From an uncultured virus (IMG/VR IMGVR_UViG_3300030107_005396) (Duplodnaviria > Heunggongvirae > Uroviricota > Caudoviricetes), in IMG/VR virus record IMGVR_UViG_3300030107_005396: a stretch of DNA of 64,000 nt, one strand, 5' to 3'. Below the pieces are notes generated by a model. That model made no database searches. It worked only from the letters and a program-made list of their open reading frames with translations, and had not been told where the DNA came from. A program made the translations under genes and the position numbers. Positions 17,194 through 27,442 of the stretch are shown one piece after another. Position 1 is the first letter of the stretch. Every line of letters starts with the position of its first letter.

Positions 17194-17983
17194 GTTCATC
17201 AATAAGGTTTCACCCAGTAAGATTAAAGTCTACGACGAGTGTAAATTGAAGTATAAATTTAAATATATTGATTATTTACCCGAAAAAGAGACAAATACGG
17301 ACGCGCTTCAGTTCGGTTCCTTTATTCACAAGGTGCTGGAAGAGGGGGTGACGGCTACTACTGAGGAAGAGTTGTTTGAGATTGCAAAAATCGTAAAGAA
17401 CCAGTATAAGTTTGACGAAGATGCGAGAGAAAGACAGACGGAAAAGTGTATAAAAAATTTCGTTCATTTTAACAATTCTCTTTCTTCATGCGAACAGGTC
17501 TCAACAGAACAAATGTTTGCAGTAGAACTTAAACAGGGATACGCTGTAAATGGAATTATTGACCGTGTGGTAAAAAGCCAAGACGGAAACTACTTAGTAA
17601 TTGACTACAAAACGAGCAAACGTGCCTCCACAAAAAGACAGTTATTCCATGACCCTCAAATGCTGTTGTATGCATACGCAATATCTGTTCTATACAAAGT
17701 CCCAATTGCGTCAGTAACATTAGCTCATTATTACCCACACTTGGATAAGCTAGTAAACATTAAGTTTTCTGAGCCTCATGTTTTAATGTACATGAAGAAG
17801 CTGACACAGAAAATTTGGGAGATTAGGAAGAAAAAAAAGGATGACTTCTTTCCACAAGTAAACCAGTTTTGTGACTGGTGTGGATATAGAGATATGTGTC
17901 CTAAACAAAACCCTACTACTCACTTAGCTGAGTATGCTGAAGCAGTAAAGAATAAGAAACCTAGGAAAAAGAAGAAGGACTAA
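17192..17983 (+). CDS. PD-(D/E)XK exonuclease, Cas4/RecB-like with Fe-S cysteines
   Basis: SPSKI...C, GIIDRV, IDYKT, QMLLYA, CDWC.Y...CP; RBS GGAGG. Confidence 0.9.
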   Translation: MFINKVSPSKIKVYDECKLKYKFKYIDYLPEKETNTDALQFGSFIHKVLEEGVTATTEEELFEIAKIVKNQYKFDEDARERQTEKCIKNFVHFNNSLSSCEQVSTEQMFAVELKQGYAVNGIIDRVVKSQDGNYLVIDYKTSKRASTKRQLFHDPQMLLYAYAISVLYKVPIASVTLAHYYPHLDKLVNIKFSEPHVLMYMKKLTQKIWEIRKKKKDDFFPQVNQFCDWCGYRDMCPKQNPTTHLAEYAEAVKNKKPRKKKKD

Positions 17984-18297
17984 AAAGCGCCCGAAGTAGT
18001 GTACTTCATAGATAAATATTTTTTATCTTCGTATATTAAAGGATAATAGTCCTCTATAGAAATGGTTCTGAAGAATTCTTGAACTTCAGTCATATTATAT
18101 TTATGTTTTTTTACATACGCAGATATTAGCGTAGACATTTTTAAAGGTCTTTGTGTATTCAAAGAATTAAGGACTTTTTCTTGAAATATGCCTATAAAGT
18201 GAGTACTAAATCTATATCTCCACTGTTCTTTAAACTTTAACGATAAAGCATGATTTATATGTTCAAGAAACTCGTTTAACTCTATTGAATCTTTCAT
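17980..18297 (-). CDS. hypothetical protein
   Basis: 105-aa ORF filling the gap; AT-rich promoter-like upstream sequence. Confidence 0.65.
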   Translation of the reverse strand: MKDSIELNEFLEHINHALSLKFKEQWRYRFSTHFIGIFQEKVLNSLNTQRPLKMSTLISAYVKKHKYNMTEVQEFFRTISIEDYYPLIYEDKKYLSMKYTTSGAF

Positions 18298-18350
18298 AAT
18301 TTATATTTTATATATAATATAGTCGGAGCTTATTCGATTTTGACAGAAAA

Positions 18351-18719
18351 ATGGCAAAAAAATATAAATCTACGTTTTTAGGGACCAGTGCAAAGCTAGA
18401 CACCCAAAAAGAAGGGTGTTTGTTTATGTTTAATTATACGGCGTCTTCCGCTCATGACCCTAAACCGTTAATTATTATGATATCTCCTCCTTGGATAGCA
18501 AAAAATGGAGGTCATTACTTCACAGGGGTAAACCTTAAGACCATCTCTCAGGAATCTAGACAGGCAATAATTAAGGATTTTGGACATCTCCCTGTAGGTT
18601 CTGTCAGTTATAAGGACATTCAGGATATTGCTAAGCAAGACCCTAGTTGTTGTGTAAGGACGTATAATATCAAAAACGTTCAAGCCCTACATAAAGTAGG
18701 GGTTAGTCCCGTAATTTAA
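18351..18719 (+). CDS. DNA end protector-like protein (T4 gp2-like)
   Basis: G.LFMFNY, D.KPLI, FTGVNL and C.RTY follow the gp2 motif order. Confidence 0.55.
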   Translation: MAKKYKSTFLGTSAKLDTQKEGCLFMFNYTASSAHDPKPLIIMISPPWIAKNGGHYFTGVNLKTISQESRQAIIKDFGHLPVGSVSYKDIQDIAKQDPSCCVRTYNIKNVQALHKVGVSPVI

Positions 18720-18724
18720 TAATC

Positions 18725-20677
18725 ATGGCTGAAACTAATGAAGAGCGTTTAGAGCGTCTTACCGACGCGTTGGAAGAACTGACTTCTACCTTGACAGAAA
18801 ACAATAAAAAGTTGGATGATGCGGTAAAGAAGCAGGGTGAGTCTCGTAAAAACTTAAATAAAACTAATCAACAGTTACTTCACCAACAAAACCTCTTCGC
18901 TAAAACCATGCAAAACACTAGCTTGGATTTAGTTAAAATGACTACCAGCTTGTTTACTTTGCATAGTGCTTTGGCGGATGTAAAAGGAGCTAATGACAGG
19001 CTAGTGAAAGGGTTAGCCCAGGTTGGACTGCTTAATGACCGGAATTATAAAGCTACCCTGAGTGTATTTAATAATATGGGAGTGGGAATAGCCCAAGCCA
19101 CGCAAGCCATAAGTGAGGTAATAGGGGAAGGTATGAGCCGCTTCTCAACGGAAGTGATGAAATTTACCGGCCAAATGAAATTGATGGGTGTGAGTAATAA
19201 AGGTCTTCTTCGAAATATGCGATTCAATACTCAAGCCTTAGGGTTTAGCGAAGAATCTTCATTAAGTCTGGCACGAGCGATGGTTACTACTGGAATTCAG
19301 TTTGGTAATTCTATAGAAGATTTAGTAGGGGCTGTTAATTCTATGAAAGACGCTTTGATGAATACCTCGGCTGAATTAGGACCTAATATGAGCCGTAGTA
19401 TCCAAGAAGCCGCTATTATTTTATCACGAGGAAATACGGAACTTCAAGGACAGGTAAGTAGATTCTTAACGAGTATAGCTACAGGAACCGAAGGGTTTAT
19501 GAAATCGGCGTTCTTAGGCATAACCCTGACCCCGGAAATGACGGGTGCTCAAGTTGCCGACTCCGCATTAATGGCTTTGAGTCGAGGAATGGCTATGTCT
19601 CCCGCTGCTGGTCCGGGCGCACAGTTCATGTCTAAAGTGCTTGAAGACGGTAACATCTTCGCTCGTCAGGACGTAGTGTTAGCGCGGCAGCTGTTAAGTG
19701 CACAACAAAAAGGAAATACCTTAACTATTGAAGAAATGGCTGAGCGAGCGCGACAGATGAGTTTCGAGCAGGCGTGGCAAGGAGCAATGTTCTCTATATC
19801 TAAAGTAGGTATGAATCTTCTTATGGGGATTGCCAAAGTAGTGGATAAGTTTAGGGGGGTAATTCCAGTCTTTATATTTCTGGCTAGTGGTATCCGATTA
19901 ACTGTATCTCTTTTGGGTAGCATGTTTACGTTATGGAAAACGGGACTCTGGCCTCTCTTTCAAACGATAGGAGCAGGGTTTAAAGCGCTTCTACAAACGA
20001 AATTTTTTGACGTGGGTGCAAATGGGCTCCTCACACCTATAAGCGGCTTAACTCGGAGTATTTCTGCTCTATCAAGAGCGATTCCATTGTTGGGAACAGC
20101 CTTTGCTGTTCAACAGAAAATGGCAGACCCAGAAGCTGGTACGTGGGAAACAGTAGGAGCAGGTGCTGGTTCCCTGATTGGCGCAGCCGCGACGTTGAAG
20201 ATGCTGGCCGGCACTCTACCCCCTGTGACTCCGCAAACCGCACTACTGAAAATGGCTCTTCTGGCAGCAGGCGCGTGGATAGGTAGCACTGCAGGAGGCG
20301 GTATAGGTGCGTCCTTTGACGACCCTACTAAAGGTCTAACGGGAGATGTACTGGCTGGAGCAGACTGGCTCGCGCATTTCGACCGTATAGAGGATTTTAA
20401 TAAGCAGCTCCTGTTTGAAGAAGAGGAGTTAAACAAGAAGGCTGAGTCCATGAAAGACTTATTAGAGGAGCAGAATGCCACGTTAGAGAAGACTCTTGCA
20501 CCTCAATTCCTCAGCGCAGCCGAAAGAAATATGATAGACCAATTACACCGAGTTGTTTTGGGCATTGATAGGTTGGGAGGATTAACTGAAGAAGCTAACG
20601 ACCAGAGAATCGATGCTGCAAACCTTAACCCCTTCGCTCCTGCCTCAGGACCAATTAACATAAATACGAGTAAATAA
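18725..20677 (+). CDS. tape measure protein
   Basis: 650 aa, helical and Ala/Gly/Leu/Met-rich with central hydrophobic stretches; sits directly before the tube-cap, LysM, hub and spike genes. Confidence 0.75.
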   Translation: MAETNEERLERLTDALEELTSTLTENNKKLDDAVKKQGESRKNLNKTNQQLLHQQNLFAKTMQNTSLDLVKMTTSLFTLHSALADVKGANDRLVKGLAQVGLLNDRNYKATLSVFNNMGVGIAQATQAISEVIGEGMSRFSTEVMKFTGQMKLMGVSNKGLLRNMRFNTQALGFSEESSLSLARAMVTTGIQFGNSIEDLVGAVNSMKDALMNTSAELGPNMSRSIQEAAIILSRGNTELQGQVSRFLTSIATGTEGFMKSAFLGITLTPEMTGAQVADSALMALSRGMAMSPAAGPGAQFMSKVLEDGNIFARQDVVLARQLLSAQQKGNTLTIEEMAERARQMSFEQAWQGAMFSISKVGMNLLMGIAKVVDKFRGVIPVFIFLASGIRLTVSLLGSMFTLWKTGLWPLFQTIGAGFKALLQTKFFDVGANGLLTPISGLTRSISALSRAIPLLGTAFAVQQKMADPEAGTWETVGAGAGSLIGAAATLKMLAGTLPPVTPQTALLKMALLAAGAWIGSTAGGGIGASFDDPTKGLTGDVLAGADWLAHFDRIEDFNKQLLFEEEELNKKAESMKDLLEEQNATLEKTLAPQFLSAAERNMIDQLHRVVLGIDRLGGLTEEANDQRIDAANLNPFAPASGPININTSK

Positions 20678-20679
20678 AT

Positions 20680-21849
20680 ATGGCACAATCTTTTAATTCC
20701 GGACCGCACCCACCTCCTGGAGGGTTCACGTTTGCAGGTAATCCTACGTCCGTATTCACCAATCCGTCGACAGAAGAGTTTGTTACTGGACAAACGGGAG
20801 AGAGTCGTCCTCCTCAAGCGGGAGTAGACCAGGGGTATCTTAACAAACAGTTAAGCGAATCCTTAAGGTTTCAAGTTAACCAAGCTCTTGAAAGTAGAGC
20901 TGGATTACGTTTTAATTATTCCCCGATAAGTAATGCAACTGCTCCTATTATTCGATGGTTGCCATTTCCTGAAAACCCTAATATCGTGGAGTCCCGGAAA
21001 GCTAATTATGCAAGCACGAATATCATGCTAAGAAATGAGCCGGTAAGACTGTTCACGGGTGCGGATGCCCGCAAGTTCAAGGTTGATGTTAGTTTTAGTT
21101 TGATTCATATTCTAGCGATGATGCCGTCTTGGCTTATCCTTAGATTATTTGAACAAGGACATGAATTTCATGTTTCACAGGAGATTGCTCAGATTTCTAA
21201 ACATTTAACTAAAGTTATGGGGGATGATTTAGGGGTAGTACAGACAGATTCAGCTAATGGGTTAAGTACTACTGAGGCTGCTGCTAAAATGCAGGAAAGA
21301 GCTGCGGACGGTTCTGAAGGACCTTTTGGTCCGATGCCTTCAAGCGACACTTCCCAATTTAACTCTTTAGTAACTTTTATGTTGATGGCGTCTAATAATC
21401 AAGCTAAAAGTATGATTCCTCTTTCGTTATTTCAGTATGCTTTAAACCATATTCGAAATTCAGTAATTGGTACGGCTTCTCAGCCAATAAAAGGTCCTCC
21501 AATTGTAGAATTGAAATGGGGAGTCATGTATGATTTTACTCCGTGCATTATAACGGACTATCGTTTCCAAGTAATAGAAGAGGCCGGGTACGATACGAGA
21601 ACCTTATTCCCTCAACGTCTAAAAATGTCTTTAAATTTAGAAGAATTCCGAAACATTCATGGAAACATGTGGGAAACACCTCTCGCAAAAGCAGGGTTAC
21701 CTGGATGGGATAGTATTTTAGATTTAACTTCACCAGCTGTTACCCATGATGCGGTAGCTCTCCCCGACGATGCTTCTTCTGACGATTGGAACCAACGCGT
21801 ATCTACAGGGTACGATAAGTTTTATAACCCACAAACCCCACCTGAATAA
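20680..21849 (+). CDS. tail tube initiator / baseplate tube cap (gp48/gp54-like)
   Basis: ESRKANY..IMLRNEP, PPIVELKWG, CIITDY, LKMSLNLEE. Confidence 0.7.
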   Translation: MAQSFNSGPHPPPGGFTFAGNPTSVFTNPSTEEFVTGQTGESRPPQAGVDQGYLNKQLSESLRFQVNQALESRAGLRFNYSPISNATAPIIRWLPFPENPNIVESRKANYASTNIMLRNEPVRLFTGADARKFKVDVSFSLIHILAMMPSWLILRLFEQGHEFHVSQEIAQISKHLTKVMGDDLGVVQTDSANGLSTTEAAAKMQERAADGSEGPFGPMPSSDTSQFNSLVTFMLMASNNQAKSMIPLSLFQYALNHIRNSVIGTASQPIKGPPIVELKWGVMYDFTPCIITDYRFQVIEEAGYDTRTLFPQRLKMSLNLEEFRNIHGNMWETPLAKAGLPGWDSILDLTSPAVTHDAVALPDDASSDDWNQRVSTGYDKFYNPQTPPE

Positions 21850-21851
21850 TT

Positions 21852-22151
21852 ATGACCTTATACAACGATAGAGCCGATATTTTTGATGGAAACGTTGTTT
21901 CTCATCGGGGACAGACTATAACAGATATTGGAAGTTCTTCCCAATACATTAATTATATAAATAATGTATTTGAATCCAAGAATTCTAAAATAGCACTAGT
22001 TCCTAATAATATGGAAGGGAGACCGGATTTAATATCGTTAGCAGCTTACGGCACCGACCTGTTATGGTGGCTTATTGTGGAGGCTAATAATGTTTATGAT
22101 TATGAATTCGATTTAAAAGCAGGGACTCAAATTTTAATACCTCAGATTTAA
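21852..22151 (+). CDS. gp53: baseplate wedge LysM-like protein (gp53 / tail X)
   Basis: GRPDLIS..AYGT..LWWLI.EANN...LKAG..ILIP. Confidence 0.85.
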   Translation: MTLYNDRADIFDGNVVSHRGQTITDIGSSSQYINYINNVFESKNSKIALVPNNMEGRPDLISLAAYGTDLLWWLIVEANNVYDYEFDLKAGTQILIPQI

Positions 22152-25100
22152 ATGTCTAATATTCACAACACTAATAAACTACTCGTTCCCACATCTGAAA
22201 TCCCTACTGCGGCTTTCAATGCGAACGAAGTGGCTAACGTGTATATGTCTTTTAATAGAAACGACTTAAAAACTGAGTCTATTAAAAATGCCACTCCTGA
22301 AGAACAGGTAAAGCCGGGTTTTTACGGCATGGCGGACCCTCTTAATTTGAGAAGTACATTAGAAAGGTTTGAATGTGATTTTAATTATGGACCAAACGAT
22401 TCTCATTATAGGTTAAGAATGATAAACCCCACTACTGACCTTGAAAGAGCATTAGTAGGATTTTACGACTCCATTTATCCTGATGTGTCGGGTGCTGGAA
22501 TCGTAGAACGGTGGGATAACGCAGCCGTCCGTAACAAGACCCTCAATGATGTGACTGGAGAGGCAGACCAATATTATGCGTCATTAGGCGCACAAAGTGC
22601 TGCAACGCTACCTACCATGTTTTTAAGATGGGGGTATGGTAAATTGCCTGATAACGGATTGTCCAGAATTCATAAGGTTAGGCTTGTGGATATTAAATAC
22701 ACTATAGAGCCTAACAAAGACAAAGTTCTAGAAGTACAATTTGTTGATAATTTTACATTCACTAAATCTTCTAATGTTTATAACAATAGAGAACGGGTAG
22801 CCGGTACAAGTGTTCTTAAGCCTGACGGCACTCTTAAAAGACCTGCTGACATAATTCAAGAGGTGATTGCGAAATATTCCTTAGCATACCCTGGTATTAT
22901 ACCTTTATGTAATTTATATTCAAATAGCTCCGATGAGGGGGTTCCTAGTGTGGGGGAGCAGATAGATACAGCTGTTCAAGGGATTGCATTGGATTTGGCG
23001 ACTGCAGATAAAGAGGCGGCTAGAAAGGAAGAAACCCGAGTTATTAACCATGTACGTTCGGTATTCCAAGAGAAATCGGGAAAGTATAAAGATTTAGAGA
23101 AGGAAAGAAAGGCAATATTTAATTTACGTACTCTCCCCGGTGAAAAACGCGCCTTCGGGAGCGAGACGACCGATGTAGGCCGTCAACAGATAGCAGACGT
23201 TGAACAAAACCAGCGAGATGCCTTTGCGGAGTACTACAAGGCAATATTCGATAACCCTGAAAGAAGAGCAGAGCTAGAAAAATTACTGAATATGCCTATA
23301 GACACTATGGCTAATTGGAAGACGAGGAAAAAAGGTGTAGTAACGCAACATTTTCTATTGATGGGGTATGAACAGTTTTTCAAAGAAATTGGATTTAATT
23401 GGGACTGGGGAACTGAAGATGTTGAACAATCTTTTGTCGCTGCTGACGGAGGCGCTATTTCAGGAAACCAAATCGGAGGCACACCTATACAAGATGAAAA
23501 AGAAGGTACGAGTGAAGATGCACGTGTAAGTCTAACGGACAACGAAAAGTATGGTAAGGTTACAACCAATTTACTTCAGGAGATAAAAACTAATAAACCA
23601 AATTTCCGTGACGCTAATGGAAATCCCAACACTAGTCCGAGTCAAGTAGAGACTGCGTTGTCTTTTTGGCCTCCAATATTAGAAGCGGCTCCAGTTTCTG
23701 ACCCCCCACAAGCGCTATTCCAAGCAAATATAACTAATATTGAATTGTCGGGCACTTATAAGGCATTAGAATCCTATGTGGCTGGCTCGGGTGTTACCCC
23801 GACCACTTACGACTTGTCCAACGTCATAGTAGTAACCTTTGACCGTGATATACAGGCTAACTGTTGGCAGTTTAGAGGGTTAAAAGAGGGGGCAGTGTCA
23901 CAGTACGCCGATATATCCCCCCCTAGAGATAGGTCTAAACCCGATAAAATAACTTTGTTCGCGATTGACGGGACCTTCGAACTCAACAATACTTACGGAG
24001 GGGACGGATATTATTTACTTTCTCTTAACCCCTTAGACGTTTCTGGGAATCAACCTTCTAACCAAGCATTACTGGTGCCATATTCTCCTGATGCACAGTG
24101 GTACGGTTTACAGACAGCGGGTTTAACAGAAAACTTGGACGCGGAGGACGTTATAAATAATTTAAGTGGAAGATACAGTGAATACGTAGGAGGAGGTGCT
24201 GTTTACGATGTAACAGCCAGAAGAATAGACCCTAATATTGGGGATGTTTCGAGAACTCTTCGACCGATGACATTGCCGGAAAAAGAGGATGCCGAGCGAC
24301 AAGGGTGGGCTCCTATATGGCTTAACCCAGGGGTGGTAAATCCTGCTATGGTTCGTCATTTCGGTGAAAATTGGGTTCCAGAGGTGTACGACTTTACGTA
24401 CAATGAACTGCAAGAGCAGTTTGGAATGGAGGAGTATATCAAGTACGCCCAAGGAGAAATTGACAACCTTCCAATGGTACCGGTATTAATCCCAGGTCCG
24501 AGAACCGAGCCCGTCTGGGAAAAACCGACAACAATCACCGGTTCTTTCAATGGAGATGGTATTTATTACGGCTCAACAACTAACCCACGTGAAAACAGAA
24601 ATACTTTGGTTGATGACGTTAGCCAACAACTTTTCACTAATCCAAGAGATTCTTGGTATTACCCCGTATACGATGCTTATACTAATACGTTAGTTAAGTG
24701 GACAGACCGTGAGATAGTATGGAACGATATAACTAATGAATATACGGCGTGGATGGACGTTGCCGCTGAACCTTACGAAGATTTTCATCCCGGGAGACTA
24801 TATACCAGCCCTCTTAACCCCCGTGAACCACTTATACACTTAGAGCCTACCCTACAAACTTGGAAGTATCTTGCGGATGTACCTATCTCAGTAAATGACT
24901 ACATTGAACAAATTACTCCTCCACGTGAACTTTTAGCCAGCGGTCAGGGAGAACCTGGTTCCCCTCCTAAGGCATCAAAACTCTTACCTCCTCAAAAAAC
25001 GAATGGGTGGGTATCTTTAAGCACTGAAGGGGATAGACCCAATATTACAGAATCTATCGTTAAAGCACTTAACGCTATTAATATCATGCTTGTGGGTATG

Positions 25101-26312
25101 CCTGATAAATTAGCAATGATACCGGTAGAAACGTCTCAGTTTAGTAACGCTGATTTAGATGAACTTTTTGCTCCAGGGGGAACGTTAGCATACATTAGTG
25201 AAGAATTAAAACAAAGGATTAGAAATGAATCTATTACTCTTTTAGTTATAGGACCTGTAAGCAGTGCTAAAAAGTTCGCGGATATCGCTGTGAGACGAGT
25301 ACGCTCATTCCCTCATGTGAATGGGGTAAACTCTAAACTTCCTCCTACAGTAATTAATTTAGATTATGGTACTCAACCCTCTATTGTTACTGATTTTAAA
25401 TTTGAAGGGAACGCACGGTTTCTTTTAGGAATACCTCAAGCTACTTATCTAGCACGATATTACTCGGACACTTTTGAGTTATTTGATGAGCCTTACAACC
25501 AAGGACAAATGATTAGTTCCTTTATAGGAGGAGCTCTGCAAGCTGACATAGAAAGACTTCGTTTAAAAGGAGATGCCGAAAACGAACTTCTTAACCAAAG
25601 AGTTGAACAGAAGTCTGAATATTCTCGTGATAGAAGAAATATAGAAACTAAGCTTGAGATTAATTCTGATTTACTTGCATTACTCCCTGAGCTTGTACCC
25701 TCATTCTCTGATAGTGATTTAGCTCTTTTAGTAGGGGAGGAAAATGTAAAAGCGTTAAAACTTCTTTCAAGTTTAAGCCAGAACCCAGTGATGTTCTCCT
25801 TACTTTTCCCTGATGCTACCCTCACGGACAACACTAACATTTTGGAAGGAGACATACTTCTAGGTGACCCAAATAGTAAACAAGCCTTATCTAAAAAAGA
25901 AAAAACGACTATAATTAGAAGACGGGTTGATTTTTCTACTTCTAAAAACCGGTTAAGTAATACTGCTTTTTCTAAAGCAAGAGCATTAATGGATACAAAC
26001 TATTTCTTTACTGAAGCAATGTTGCAACATGCGTGGCGCGTTGAAATTGAGACCTTAGGTATTCCCGAGATAGATAACCCTCTCGTTGAGTTTTTATCAA
26101 GAAAAATATTGTTGAACGTGTTTGATGCTCGTGTATCATCTCTAATACCACACTGGACTAGTGGGGTGTATAGAATAACGGGCTTTAGCCATACCATCAG
26201 CCCTTCGGAAGGTTTTAAAACGGGTATGAACCTTATAAAACAACCTACAAGTCATACTACTTTTGACACGGCTTCTCGAAGCACTAAAGTTGAAGTGGAG
26301 GAGGAGCAGTAA
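22152..26312 (+). CDS. large baseplate hub protein (gp27 / late-control-D-like, with insertions)
   Basis: LRWGYG near the N-terminus; LDYG..SIVTDF, IETLGIP and SGVYRITGFSHTISP..F.T near the C-terminus; lies between LysM and spike genes. Confidence 0.7.
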   Translation: MSNIHNTNKLLVPTSEIPTAAFNANEVANVYMSFNRNDLKTESIKNATPEEQVKPGFYGMADPLNLRSTLERFECDFNYGPNDSHYRLRMINPTTDLERALVGFYDSIYPDVSGAGIVERWDNAAVRNKTLNDVTGEADQYYASLGAQSAATLPTMFLRWGYGKLPDNGLSRIHKVRLVDIKYTIEPNKDKVLEVQFVDNFTFTKSSNVYNNRERVAGTSVLKPDGTLKRPADIIQEVIAKYSLAYPGIIPLCNLYSNSSDEGVPSVGEQIDTAVQGIALDLATADKEAARKEETRVINHVRSVFQEKSGKYKDLEKERKAIFNLRTLPGEKRAFGSETTDVGRQQIADVEQNQRDAFAEYYKAIFDNPERRAELEKLLNMPIDTMANWKTRKKGVVTQHFLLMGYEQFFKEIGFNWDWGTEDVEQSFVAADGGAISGNQIGGTPIQDEKEGTSEDARVSLTDNEKYGKVTTNLLQEIKTNKPNFRDANGNPNTSPSQVETALSFWPPILEAAPVSDPPQALFQANITNIELSGTYKALESYVAGSGVTPTTYDLSNVIVVTFDRDIQANCWQFRGLKEGAVSQYADISPPRDRSKPDKITLFAIDGTFELNNTYGGDGYYLLSLNPLDVSGNQPSNQALLVPYSPDAQWYGLQTAGLTENLDAEDVINNLSGRYSEYVGGGAVYDVTARRIDPNIGDVSRTLRPMTLPEKEDAERQGWAPIWLNPGVVNPAMVRHFGENWVPEVYDFTYNELQEQFGMEEYIKYAQGEIDNLPMVPVLIPGPRTEPVWEKPTTITGSFNGDGIYYGSTTNPRENRNTLVDDVSQQLFTNPRDSWYYPVYDAYTNTLVKWTDREIVWNDITNEYTAWMDVAAEPYEDFHPGRLYTSPLNPREPLIHLEPTLQTWKYLADVPISVNDYIEQITPPRELLASGQGEPGSPPKASKLLPPQKTNGWVSLSTEGDRPNITESIVKALNAINIMLVGMPDKLAMIPVETSQFSNADLDELFAPGGTLAYISEELKQRIRNESITLLVIGPVSSAKKFADIAVRRVRSFPHVNGVNSKLPPTVINLDYGTQPSIVTDFKFEGNARFLLGIPQATYLARYYSDTFELFDEPYNQGQMISSFIGGALQADIERLRLKGDAENELLNQRVEQKSEYSRDRRNIETKLEINSDLLALLPELVPSFSDSDLALLVGEENVKALKLLSSLSQNPVMFSLLFPDATLTDNTNILEGDILLGDPNSKQALSKKEKTTIIRRRVDFSTSKNRLSNTAFSKARALMDTNYFFTEAMLQHAWRVEIETLGIPEIDNPLVEFLSRKILLNVFDARVSSLIPHWTSGVYRITGFSHTISPSEGFKTGMNLIKQPTSHTTFDTASRSTKVEVEEEQ

Positions 26313-27430
26313 TGGCATTTTCCCCTGAAGTAAAATCAGATGTAAAAACCATTGGTCCTGAGTACACCCCTATTCAGGAGGAGATATCAGCCCAGACTGC
26401 TAGCAAAGTACCTTTTCTATGTTTCGGGACTGTACGTAAATGTTTAGATAGCCAACATGCGGGAAGGTTAGAGGTTGATTGCCCGGCTTTTCCTGAAGGT
26501 CCTCAGCCGTGTGATTACGTCTCCCCTGTGGGTGGCGGCGATTATGGATTTTTTGCATTACCGGGAATAGGGGCGACTGTCTTGGTTGGGCAAGCCCCTT
26601 TCGCAGACCCCCCTACCAAATATTTTTGGATGGGATGTCTGTACACAGCTGGCACTGATTTTCAAGGAGATGTAAAAACCCAACCTTATTTTAAAAGTAA
26701 GGACCACGACCCGACAGGACGACAAATGACCAGAAGCGAGGTGAAGGATGATGGGCGAATGGATTCCGAGTTACATTCGGGGTATGGGTGTCCGAATGCG
26801 GTAACGACTTACGGCACCAATGATTTACCTGACTCATTTATTCTCAAACATCCGGCAGGTCACTCAATATCTTTAACAGATAAGAAAAGTGATGTGACAA
26901 TAAACGAGATTAAGCTTAAAACTGCCGAAAACAAAAGAGTTATAATGAGTGATGCCCCTGCGGAGTCCGAGGGGGAATGTATTTGGCTTATTGATGAGAA
27001 TAAAAACCAAATAAGAATTACTAGTATAGGCGAAGAAGGCTCCTCTTACCCTGACGATTCCGTCGTCACTAAGGCGGGTAAAAATATAGAACAAATATCA
27101 CAAGAAGGAAGTATTGAAAATCGCGTAATGAAGGGTGATGGTGATATTGAAATAGAAAACCAGGGCACCGGAGACATCGTCATAAGCGCTTTTAATGGTA
27201 AAATAAACTTAGAAGCTGCCACTAATATTACTTTAGAATGTGGAGCTTCGTTAATAGAACTCACTCCCCAGGGAATGACCATAAAAACTCCTAACATTAA
27301 CCTTTTAGGCACGACGGGTGATGTTAAAGCGAATGGAATATCTCTAGTTGGTCATAAACATATAGATGACATAGGTGGACCTATTCCAGACGGTCTTCTC
27401 CCAAGTATTACGAGTCCTCCAGTGCCCTAA
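26312..27430 (+). CDS. baseplate central spike (gp5 / gpV / VgrG-like)
   Basis: OB-fold GRLEV..P, GFFALPGIGATVLV, WMG; beta-helix repeats; apex GISLVGHKH. Confidence 0.85.
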   Translation: MAFSPEVKSDVKTIGPEYTPIQEEISAQTASKVPFLCFGTVRKCLDSQHAGRLEVDCPAFPEGPQPCDYVSPVGGGDYGFFALPGIGATVLVGQAPFADPPTKYFWMGCLYTAGTDFQGDVKTQPYFKSKDHDPTGRQMTRSEVKDDGRMDSELHSGYGCPNAVTTYGTNDLPDSFILKHPAGHSISLTDKKSDVTINEIKLKTAENKRVIMSDAPAESEGECIWLIDENKNQIRITSIGEEGSSYPDDSVVTKAGKNIEQISQEGSIENRVMKGDGDIEIENQGTGDIVISAFNGKINLEAATNITLECGASLIELTPQGMTIKTPNINLLGTTGDVKANGISLVGHKHIDDIGGPIPDGLLPSITSPPVP

Positions 27431-27442
27431 ATACAATATATC

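Noticed and set aside
7468..17202. Introns or inteins in terminase, portal, helicase or primase
   Set aside because: All are continuous, of normal length, and lack intein or homing-endonuclease motifs
17192..17983. Cas4-like nuclease as a sign of a CRISPR-Cas locus
   Set aside because: No repeat-spacer array or other cas gene seen; stand-alone Cas4-like exonucleases are common in phages
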